Below, in pieces: positions 1 to 7,907 of a stretch of DNA of 64,000 nucleotides. Location: contig JAUNSR010000003.1 of assembly GCA_030539115.1 (NCBI GenBank), positions 94,636 to 158,635 on the forward strand, in the 5' to 3' direction. Origin of the DNA: Bacteroidales bacterium. Lineage in GTDB: Bacteria > Bacteroidota > Bacteroidia > Bacteroidales > JAUNSR01. Positions within the stretch are counted from its first letter, which is position 1. Every line of letters starts with the position of its first letter. The notes below the pieces were generated by a model. It did no database searches, was not told the origin of the DNA, and saw only the letters and a program-made list of their open reading frames with translations. The translations under genes were made by a program, and so were the position numbers.

Positions 1-41
1 CATTGCACTTTTCGTCTTTTTATAGCGGAATTTTTCATATC

Positions 42-53
42 TTTATCGATAAA
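42..53. promoter_or_regulatory. Perfect 12-bp palindrome TTTATCGATAAA upstream of the HTH gene; candidate operator
   Basis: Read directly: tttatcgataaa equals its own reverse complement. It lies 28 nt before the ATG at 81. Confidence 0.3.
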
Positions 54-80
54 TAGAAGTACGCATCAAAAACAGATGAT

Positions 81-278
81 ATGAATCGAATAAAAGAAGT
101 TCTTGAGGAGAAAGGGATTAAACAAACGTGGCTTGCCGAAAAGATTGGCAAAAGTTTCAGCCAGACCAACGCTTACGTCTGCAACCGTCGCCAACCGAGT
201 TTGGAACAACTCTTCGAAATCGCCAAAATTTTGGGCGTTGATGTGAAAGAATTAATTGATAGCAAGGAAATTAAATAG
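81..278 (+). CDS. XRE-family helix-turn-helix transcriptional regulator (65 aa)
   Basis: The translation KGIKQTWLAEKIGKSFSQTNAYVCNRRQPSLEQLFEIAKILGV fits the Cro/C1 HTH pattern. The stop lies 2 nt before the hsdM start. Confidence 0.8.
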   Translation: MNRIKEVLEEKGIKQTWLAEKIGKSFSQTNAYVCNRRQPSLEQLFEIAKILGVDVKELIDSKEIK

Positions 279-280
279 AT

Positions 281-1846
281 ATGGCAAAGCAACAAAAAGA
301 TAAAAGTATAGAGGAAACTTTATGGGAGTCGGCTAACAAACTTCGCGGCTCGGTTGAACCGTCGGAGTACAAGCACGTTGTGTTGAGCTTGATATTTTTG
401 AAATATGCTAATGACCGTTTTGAGGAGCGTCGGGCTGAACTTATCGCCGACGGCAAAGAAGCGTTTGTCGAACAAGCAGTTTTCTACAACGCTAAGAATG
501 TATTTTATTTGGAGCCGACAAGCCGTTGGAGTTATTTGATTGAAAATGCCAAACAAACCGATATCGCCATTAAAATCGACAATGCACTTGCAACGGTCGA
601 GAAAGACAACCCAACACTCAAAGGTGCACTTCCGAGCAATTACTATTCGGGGCTTGGACTTGACCGCACAAAACTGGCGGCATTGCTCGACGAGATAAAC
701 AAGATTGACACACTCAAAGACCCGCAGCACGATTTGATTGGCCGTGTTTACGAGTACTTTTTGGGTAAGTTTGCCATTGCCGAGGGTAAGGGTAAAGGCG
801 AATATTACACGCCAAAGACTATTGTCAATCTTATTGCCGAGATGATTGAGCCATATCGCGGCAAAATCTACGACCCTTGTTGTGGTTCGGGCGGAATGTT
901 TGTGCAGAGTATGAAGTTTATCGAACATCACCACGGTAACAAACGCGATATTTCGGTCTATGGTCAGGAGTACACCAATACGACCTATAAACTTGCGAAG
1001 ATGAATCTTGCCATTCGAGGCATCGCGTCAAATCTTGGCGAATTGGCTGCCGACACGTTCCATAACGACCAACACAAAGACCTGAAAGCCGATTTTATTA
1101 TGGCAAATCCGCCCTTCAATCAAAAAGATTGGCGTGCCGACAACGAACTCAAAGACGACCCACGTTGGGCAGGCTACGATGTGCCGCCGACGAGCAATGC
1201 TAACTATGCTTGGATTCTGAATATTGCATCCAAACTGTCGGCTAATGGTGTGGCTGGTTTTCTACTGGCAAATGGTGCATTGAGTGGCGAGGGGCAGGAG
1301 TTGCTGATTCGCGAGCGACTGCTTAAAAATCATTTGGTCGAGGCAATCGTTATCCTGCCACGCAATATGTTTTATTCCACCGACATCAGCGTTACACTGT
1401 GGATATTGAACAACAATAAGAAGGCGCGTACGGTCGAGCAAAACGGACAGTTGGTGAAGTATCGCAATCGCGAAGATGAAGTGCTGTTTTTGGACTTGCG
1501 CCAGTGGGGTGAGCCTTTCGAAAAGAAATATATCCAGTTCTCCGATGCACAAATCAGCGACATTGCACAGAACTACCATAATTGGCAGCGCGAGGGTTGG
1601 AAACAGACTTATCGGAATGTTTCCGAATATTGTTACTCTGCCACCTTGGACGAGATAGCCGCGAAGAACTATTCGCTTGTGCCGAGCAAATATATCGAGT
1701 TTGTCAATCGCGACGAGAGTGTCGATTTTGACCAAAAGATGCGAGGATTGCAGAGCGAACTCGCCGAACTATTGAAACAGGAGGCTGAATCAAAAGCGGA
1801 GTTGCTGGACGTATTTAAGTCGTTAGGATATGAAATAAAGTTATAA
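281..1846 (+). CDS. hsdM: Type I restriction-modification system, DNA methyltransferase subunit M
   Basis: SAM-binding motif DPCCGSGGMF and catalytic motif NPPF (FIMANPPFNQKDW). The N-terminal HsdM_N-like region is LWESANKLRGSVEPSEYKHVVLSLIFLKY. Confidence 0.95.
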   Translation: MAKQQKDKSIEETLWESANKLRGSVEPSEYKHVVLSLIFLKYANDRFEERRAELIADGKEAFVEQAVFYNAKNVFYLEPTSRWSYLIENAKQTDIAIKIDNALATVEKDNPTLKGALPSNYYSGLGLDRTKLAALLDEINKIDTLKDPQHDLIGRVYEYFLGKFAIAEGKGKGEYYTPKTIVNLIAEMIEPYRGKIYDPCCGSGGMFVQSMKFIEHHHGNKRDISVYGQEYTNTTYKLAKMNLAIRGIASNLGELAADTFHNDQHKDLKADFIMANPPFNQKDWRADNELKDDPRWAGYDVPPTSNANYAWILNIASKLSANGVAGFLLANGALSGEGQELLIRERLLKNHLVEAIVILPRNMFYSTDISVTLWILNNNKKARTVEQNGQLVKYRNREDEVLFLDLRQWGEPFEKKYIQFSDAQISDIAQNYHNWQREGWKQTYRNVSEYCYSATLDEIAAKNYSLVPSKYIEFVNRDESVDFDQKMRGLQSELAELLKQEAESKAELLDVFKSLGYEIKL

Positions 1847-1889
1847 AATTCTTTCCAATTCTTAAAGCATTGGAACAAATTGGCTAGAG

Positions 1890-2981
1890 ATGATCGAAAA
1901 AAATACATATAAACGGCTTGGCGATTATATCCGCGAGGTAAATGTGCGCAATCGCGATTTGGCGGTTACGGAATTGATGGGCGTTAGTATTACAAAAGAG
2001 TTCATTAATTCTATTGCCAATACTATCGGTACGGATATGAGCACCTATAAAGTTGTGTCGCAATCACAATTTGCTTATGGCCCAGTAACTTCTCGTAATG
2101 GAGATAAAGTTTCTATTGCGCTCTATAAAGATGATGCGAATGCGATTGTTTCACAAGCATATACTGTGTTTGAGGTGATTGACCATAGCGAACTTATGCC
2201 CGAATATTTGATGATGTGGTTCCGTCGTCCCGAATTTGACCGCTATGCACGTTTCAAATCTCGCGGTAGCGCACGCGAAATTTTTGATTGGGACGAATTG
2301 TGCGACACCCTGTTGCCAGTTCCCGATATTGAGGTTCAGCGACAGATAGTAGCCGAGTACGAAACTTTGAGCCGCCGCATCGCCATCAACGAGCAAATCT
2401 GCACCAAGTTGGAGGAAACTGCCCAAGCACTCTACCGCCGAATGTTTGTCGATAACATCGACCCCGAACACTTGCCAGATGGTTGGCGTTGGGGAATATT
2501 AGGAGAAATAGCAGAAATTACAAGCGGCAAAAGTTGTCCCGTCAAACAAGATACAAACGACAGTGATTTTACATATCCTGTTATAGGCGCAACAGGGATA
2601 ATTGGCTATTCAAATTATTATAATCAAGATTGTAAACTAATGACAACTGGTCGTGTTGGTACACTTGGAGTTGTAAATCGTTATAAAGCAAAATTATGGA
2701 CATCTGATAATGTCCTCATTGCCAAAACTCTTTATTATGAATATTGTTATCAAATCCTGCGTTCAAATAATTACAACGACATTGTTAAAGGTGGAGTTCA
2801 AAGTCTAATCACCCAAACAGATCTGAAAAATGTGGATATAATTATTCCTGCTGAACAGATATTGTGTGATTTTGAACGTCAATCATCTTTGTTTTTTAGA
2901 GAAATAGGAAATAAATTTGATGAAAATCAAACTATAAAGCAGATTCAAACACTATTCTTATCTAAATTAGCAACTAATTAA
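1890..2981 (+). CDS. hsdS: Type I restriction-modification system, specificity subunit S
   Basis: Two variable target-recognition halves are separated by a central helical conserved region (LPVPDIEVQRQIVAEYETLSRRIAINEQICTKLEETAQALYRRMF), with a C-terminal helical region. The gene sits between hsdM and hsdR. Confidence 0.85.
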   Translation: MIEKNTYKRLGDYIREVNVRNRDLAVTELMGVSITKEFINSIANTIGTDMSTYKVVSQSQFAYGPVTSRNGDKVSIALYKDDANAIVSQAYTVFEVIDHSELMPEYLMMWFRRPEFDRYARFKSRGSAREIFDWDELCDTLLPVPDIEVQRQIVAEYETLSRRIAINEQICTKLEETAQALYRRMFVDNIDPEHLPDGWRWGILGEIAEITSGKSCPVKQDTNDSDFTYPVIGATGIIGYSNYYNQDCKLMTTGRVGTLGVVNRYKAKLWTSDNVLIAKTLYYEYCYQILRSNNYNDIVKGGVQSLITQTDLKNVDIIIPAEQILCDFERQSSLFFREIGNKFDENQTIKQIQTLFLSKLATN

Positions 2982-2993
2982 AACTTCAATATT

Positions 2994-3230
2994 ATGGAAG
3001 TACCCGTTTCTATTTTAAACGCTAATAGCATTGAACTACATTATTGGTTCAATGATGACTCGCATACAATGAATGCTGTCGTATTCAACAAATGCGAGTA
3101 CGAATTTTTGGGTATAGCCAAAGAATTGGCAGCAAAACTCAAAATTGATGTTGAAATAGAAACAGAGCCTCTTGCAAATGGTGGGCTCAGGAGCTGGTTT
3201 AAGTTCAATTCAAAAGAAAAACAGGCATAA
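2994..3230 (+). CDS. Hypothetical protein (78 aa), no family recognised; first ORF of the cassette nested in the R-M operon
   Basis: Open frame with an ATG 12 nt after the hsdS stop. Same strand as the operon, and low-GC composition unlike hsdM/hsdR. Confidence 0.45.
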   Translation: MEVPVSILNANSIELHYWFNDDSHTMNAVVFNKCEYEFLGIAKELAAKLKIDVEIETEPLANGGLRSWFKFNSKEKQA

Positions 3231-3238
3231 AGATAGGC

Positions 3239-3964
3239 GTGTTTGTAGCAATATTAGGCAGTATATGTACGACGCCAATATCAACAACATTGGAGGTGGT
3301 TACACGTCAAGCAATTGAAAGTTTTTTTGAGGATTCTGAAATAAGGAAATTAAAAGAGAAGAAAGAAAAAGCACAGTTAGAGTATGATATTGCTAAAATA
3401 GAGTCTGAGACTAAACTCCTTTGCAGAGCCATTGATGAGAATGTGATTAAAAAGAAAAAGTCAAATTATTATGAGAACGTGGAAAAATACAGTAAAGTCA
3501 AAGATATTTCTGTTTCTATCGCTGATAATAACAAGACAATCATTAAAGAATCTAAGATTCCTCGTGCAGAATTCAGCCAATATATTCTTTCGTCGGATGA
3601 TTTAGAACCAGATGTAAATGAAAACGCTACGATTGAGATAGTATCACCCGTACTCAAAAAAGGCAAATATAAATGGGTTGGAATTTATAATGAAGAAGTT
3701 ATTCAGTTTAATATGAAGTCAAATGAATTCAAAACATTAGTACAGACTGGTGGAATTGAGTTTAAAAATGGATCTTCAATTATATGTAATCTGATAACTA
3801 ACAAAAAAATTAATAGCGAAGGAGAAGTCAAGATTACTGGTTATGATGTCACTATGGTAGAGAAATATTTTGAAAATGACAAACCAATAGAAACACCCGA
3901 AGGTCGTAGAAATAGACAAAAGAAAGAGGCAGAAAGGATGCAACAGAATTTATTTGATTTGTAG
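3239..3964 (+). CDS. Hypothetical protein (241 aa): hydrophobic N-terminal segment, Lys/Glu-rich helical stretch, beta-rich C-terminal half
   Basis: GTG start. The frame is already open from 3203 and overlaps the end of the previous ORF. FVAILGSICTTPISTTLEVV is hydrophobic, and KLKEKKEKAQLEYDIAKIESETKLL looks like coiled coil. I recognise no family. Confidence 0.5.
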   Translation: MFVAILGSICTTPISTTLEVVTRQAIESFFEDSEIRKLKEKKEKAQLEYDIAKIESETKLLCRAIDENVIKKKKSNYYENVEKYSKVKDISVSIADNNKTIIKESKIPRAEFSQYILSSDDLEPDVNENATIEIVSPVLKKGKYKWVGIYNEEVIQFNMKSNEFKTLVQTGGIEFKNGSSIICNLITNKKINSEGEVKITGYDVTMVEKYFENDKPIETPEGRRNRQKKEAERMQQNLFDL

Positions 3965-4003
3965 TATACAGACCCATAAAATTTAAATAGAGAGTAAGTA
4001 TAT

Positions 4004-7000
4004 ATGACGCACTTTAACGAAAGCACCCTCGAAATGGCGATAATGGAATTGTTCCAAAATGAGGGCTACACATACCAAAATGGCGAGGAGATTCACAAAG
4101 AGGTCTCCGATGTGCTGTTGCGCGACGATGTGAGGTTGTACCTCCGCGAGCGTTATGCGGCACAGGGCATCACTTCGTTGGAGGTGGAGAGTGCCATTGC
4201 CCGACTGACTGCCAATGTGGGGCAGTCAGTCTACGAAAACAATGTAGCCACTTATCGCCTTATCACCGAAGGGTTTTCGTTAAAGCGTGAAGATTCGTCG
4301 CTCGCCGACCTTTACATCGAACCAATAGATTTTGCCAATCCGCGCGGCAACATTCTGACAGTGGTCAATCAGCTCGAAATACAAGGCACGGAGAAGCGCA
4401 TCCCCGACGGCATAGTCTACATCAACGGTCTGCCGATGGTGGTACTCGAATTTAAGAGTGCAATCAAGGAGAACACCACCATACGCGATGCCTACACGCA
4501 ACTGACAGTGCGTTACCGTCGCGACATTCCCGACTTGTTCAAGTACAACGCTTTTGTGGTAATCAGCGACGGAGTGAACAACAAATATGGTTCGTTGCAC
4601 ACGCCTTACGACTTTTTCTACTCGTGGCGCAAAGTCAATTCCACCGACAAGGAGCAGGACGGCATCAATTCGTTACACACAATGATGAAGGGTCTGTTTC
4701 GTCCCGAACGGTTGTTGAGCGTCATCAAAGACTTTGTTTTTCTGCCCGACTCATCGAAAAGCGAAACCAAAATCGTGTGCCGCTATCCGCAATTCTTCGC
4801 CACACACAAATTGTTCGACAACATCAAGAGCCACTCCAAGCTCTCGGAAGGTGGCGACGGCAAGGGCGGAACATACTTTGGCGCAACAGGTTGCGGAAAG
4901 AGTTACACGATGCTGTTTCTTACGCGTATGTTGATGCGTAGCAGGTTCTTTGCAAGTCCAACGATAATCCTGATTACCGATCGCACCGACCTTGATGACC
5001 AATTGTCGGGACAATTCTCGAAGGCAAAGAAATTTATCGGCGACGATTGTGTGCAGACGGTCGAGAGCCGTGCAAAACTGCGCGAACACCTTGCCGAGCG
5101 GACAAGTGGCGGAGTGTTCCTGACAACCATACACAAATTCACTGAGGATGCAAAACTATTGTCGGAGCGTGCAAATATAATCTGCATATCAGACGAGGCG
5201 CACCGTTCGCAAACCAATCTTTCGCAACAGGTAAAGCAAACTGCCGATGGAGTGAAACGCACATACGGATTTGCCAAATACTTGCACGACTCGCTGCCCA
5301 ATGCCACATACGTGGGTTTTACAGGGACACCTGTCGATGCAACACTCGATGTGTTTGGCGGAGTGGTCGATGCCTACACGATGACCGAATCGGTTGCCGA
5401 CGGCATCACTCGCCGCATCGTGTACGAAGGTCGTGCCGCAAAAGTGATGTTGGACAACACCAAACTCAAAGAGGTCGAAGCCTATTATAAGCAATGTGCC
5501 GACGATGGGGCAAACGAGCATCAAATTGAGGAGAGCAAGCGAGCTGTCACACAGATGGAAAAGATACTTGGCGACCCCGACCGATTGAAAGCCGTAGCCG
5601 AAGATTTTGTGGCACACTACGAAAACCGTATTGCCGAAGGTAGCACGGTGTTGGGCAAAGCGATGTTTGTATGCTCTAATCGCACCATTGCCTACAATCT
5701 ATATAAGCAAATTGTTGCCTTGCGACCCGAATGGGCAGAGAAACGAATTTGCGACGGCAATGTTACATTAACCGAACAGGAGAAGCAAGAAATTCAGCCG
5801 TCGGAGCGTATTAAGTTAGTGATGACGCGCAATAAGGACGATGTGAAAGAACTTTACGACTTGCTGGGGACTGACGAGGAACGCAAAAAACTCGATTTGC
5901 AATTCAAAAATACCAAATCCAATTTCAAGATTGCGATAGTGGTCGATATGTGGATTACGGGGTTCGATGTGCCGTCACTCGATACGATGTACATCGACAA
6001 ACCGTTGCAACAGCACACCCTAATTCAGACTATTTCGCGCGTAAACCGCGTGTTTGAGGGCAAGGACAAAGGGCTTGTAGTCGATTACATAGGCATCAAA
6101 AACAATCTTAACATCGCGCTCAAACGCTATGCAGGAGCCGAGCAGGACGAGACTTCGATTGAGACCATCGAACAATCAATCACGCTTGTAAAAGACGAGT
6201 TGGATATATTGCGACGTATGTTTGCCAAGTTCGATTACAGCCTCTTTACTAACGGAACACCTCTCCAACAACTTGATGCGCTCAATCGGGGTGCCGAGTT
6301 TATACAGACGACAAAAGAGCAGGAGACGCTATTTATGGGACACACACGCAAGATGAAATCGGCATTCAATCTGTGCAGTAGTAGTGAGGAGTTTTCGACT
6401 GATAACCGTGAAGATATTTATTACTTTACGGGCGTGCGCGCCATAATTCACAAACTCACCATCGGCGAAGCACCCGATGCGTCGCAGATGAACAGCAAGG
6501 TTTCACAAATGATTACCGAGGCTATACAATCGGAGGGCGTGGAAGAGATATTGCAGATAGACGACAAGAAAGATAATATAGACCTGCTGAGCGAAGAGTA
6601 TATGGAGCGACTCGAAAAATTAAAGTTGCCTAATACTAAAGTCAAACTGATGGAGCAATTACTCAAAAAAGTAATCAGCGAGTTCCAGAAAGTGAACAAG
6701 ATGCAGGGCGTGGATTTTTCGAAACGACTAAACGCATTGGTGGTAAAATATAACGACCGAAGCGATAATGCCGTGTTTGCTGATGAGGTTCTTACTGAAG
6801 TGGCAAATCAAATGGCTAATCTGCTCAAAGAAATCAACACTGAAAAAAAATCGTTCGAGAAACTTGGAATAACATACGAAGAGAAGGCATTTTATGATAT
6901 TCTGAAAGCCATTGCCAAGCAATTCGGATTTGATTATCCGCACGAGAAACTATTGGTACTGTCGGCAGAAATCAAGAAAATAGTAGACGACAAGTCAAAA

Positions 7001-7156
7001 TATACCGACTGGTCACAGCGTGATGATATAAAGGCGGAACTAAAAATGGATTTGATACTCGTCCTTACCGAACACGATTATCCTCCTGTCACAAATGACG
7101 AGGTATTCAAAGAGATATTCGAGCAGGCAGAGAACTTCAAAAAATACAATGGGTAA
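4004..7156 (+). CDS. hsdR: Type I restriction enzyme, endonuclease/helicase subunit R
   Basis: Walker A GATGCGKS, DEAH box ISDEAHRSQ, helicase motif VI QTISRVNRV, and a 1050-aa length typical of HsdR. Confidence 0.95.
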   Translation: MTHFNESTLEMAIMELFQNEGYTYQNGEEIHKEVSDVLLRDDVRLYLRERYAAQGITSLEVESAIARLTANVGQSVYENNVATYRLITEGFSLKREDSSLADLYIEPIDFANPRGNILTVVNQLEIQGTEKRIPDGIVYINGLPMVVLEFKSAIKENTTIRDAYTQLTVRYRRDIPDLFKYNAFVVISDGVNNKYGSLHTPYDFFYSWRKVNSTDKEQDGINSLHTMMKGLFRPERLLSVIKDFVFLPDSSKSETKIVCRYPQFFATHKLFDNIKSHSKLSEGGDGKGGTYFGATGCGKSYTMLFLTRMLMRSRFFASPTIILITDRTDLDDQLSGQFSKAKKFIGDDCVQTVESRAKLREHLAERTSGGVFLTTIHKFTEDAKLLSERANIICISDEAHRSQTNLSQQVKQTADGVKRTYGFAKYLHDSLPNATYVGFTGTPVDATLDVFGGVVDAYTMTESVADGITRRIVYEGRAAKVMLDNTKLKEVEAYYKQCADDGANEHQIEESKRAVTQMEKILGDPDRLKAVAEDFVAHYENRIAEGSTVLGKAMFVCSNRTIAYNLYKQIVALRPEWAEKRICDGNVTLTEQEKQEIQPSERIKLVMTRNKDDVKELYDLLGTDEERKKLDLQFKNTKSNFKIAIVVDMWITGFDVPSLDTMYIDKPLQQHTLIQTISRVNRVFEGKDKGLVVDYIGIKNNLNIALKRYAGAEQDETSIETIEQSITLVKDELDILRRMFAKFDYSLFTNGTPLQQLDALNRGAEFIQTTKEQETLFMGHTRKMKSAFNLCSSSEEFSTDNREDIYYFTGVRAIIHKLTIGEAPDASQMNSKVSQMITEAIQSEGVEEILQIDDKKDNIDLLSEEYMERLEKLKLPNTKVKLMEQLLKKVISEFQKVNKMQGVDFSKRLNALVVKYNDRSDNAVFADEVLTEVANQMANLLKEINTEKKSFEKLGITYEEKAFYDILKAIAKQFGFDYPHEKLLVLSAEIKKIVDDKSKYTDWSQRDDIKAELKMDLILVLTEHDYPPVTNDEVFKEIFEQAENFKKYNG

Positions 7157-7316
7157 TAAATAGGGAAAGCCAAATTAGATGTACAAACGTAACGTTTAAG
7201 ATAATGGAACATTAATATTAAACATATACATCATTAAAACGGGCTCACCTCCTTTTCAGATTGTACCCCTATTTCGCTTCTGTGGGGAAAATATGGGGAA
7301 AATTCGGAAAGTAAAA

Positions 7317-7351
7317 ATGGCTAACAAGTTGATTTTTCAACTGTTAGCCAT
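7317..7351 (-). terminator. Hairpin just 3' of tRNA-Leu, possibly a bidirectional terminator also serving hsdR
   Basis: ATGGCTAACAAGTTG / CAACTGTTAGCCAT forms a 14-bp stem with one bulge and a 6-nt loop. It is followed by TTTTAC on the minus strand and TTTCTT on the plus strand. Confidence 0.5.
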
Positions 7352-7356
7352 TTTCT

Positions 7357-7443
7357 TGGTACCCAGAGCCGGGATCGAACCGGCATGGAAGTGAATCCAC
7401 TGGTGTTTGAGACCAGCGCGTCTACCGATTCCGCCATCTGGGC
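7357..7443 (-). tRNA. tRNA-Leu (anticodon CAA), class II with a long variable arm, CCA encoded
   Basis: Manual fold of the reverse complement GCCCAGATGGCGGAATCGGTAGACGCGCTGGTCTCAAACACCAGTGGATTCACTTCCATGCCGGTTCGATCCCGGCTCTGGGTACCA. It has a 7-bp acceptor stem, anticodon loop CTCAAAC and T-loop GGTTCGATCC. Confidence 0.9.
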
Positions 7444-7466
7444 ATAGGCTTTGTCGTTTGACGTTG

Positions 7467-7497
7467 CAAAAGTAGATAAATATATTGAATATGCAAA
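7467..7497 (-). promoter_or_regulatory. Bacteroidetes-type promoter for tRNA-Leu (-33 TTTG, 19-nt spacer, -7 TACTTTTG)
   Basis: The minus strand reads gaTTTGcatattcaatatatttatcTACTTTTGcaacg. This matches the published Bacteroides TTTG / TAnnTTTG consensus. Confidence 0.55.
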
Positions 7498-7907
7498 TCT
7501 TTGAATAGCTTTTATCAATAATTAATTGTTTTATGGCCTAATTTGTGATATTATATGTCATAATTGCTTTATAAAATATTGGAATTATTCCCCACTTAAT
7601 ATTATCAACCGGGATGAAATGATTATTATTTCTGACAAAACATATTATTGAAATTAATTAATATCTTATTTCCTTTTAGAAAAAGGAATAAATGATTTTC
7701 ATAACGATTATTGTCTATCATTTATTAACAGCAATATTTTATGCTTGAAAACAGATGTTGAAAATAAGATTTTTCACTTTGATAAAAATAAAATTCATTT
7801 TTTGTCGAACGTTTGAGATCTTTGAGTGTATGCTTTAATGAATCCGGAATCAAATGAACAAAAGTTATTTTTAATCAAAAAGGAATCTTATTAATACAAA
7901 TTTTATC

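Noticed and set aside
320-1735. Long antisense and alternate-frame ORFs inside hsdM (320-934, 1262-1735, 1372-1563, 1476-1658)
   Set aside because: They lie entirely within a well-supported methyltransferase frame. GC-richer DNA leaves few stop codons off-frame, and the translations are low-complexity with no motifs.
4280-5617. Several 100-140-aa ORFs overlapping hsdR on both strands
   Set aside because: The reasoning is the same as for hsdM. They are nested in the HsdR frame, which carries Walker A and DEAH motifs. Arg/Cys/His-rich translations are typical of off-frame GC-rich sequence.
7157-7316. Search for a direct repeat of the tRNA-Leu 3' end (att site) between hsdR and the tRNA
   Set aside because: I found only a 6-7-nt resemblance (tgtacccc versus ggtaccca), which is not significant. 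The island boundary repeat, if any, must lie outside the window.
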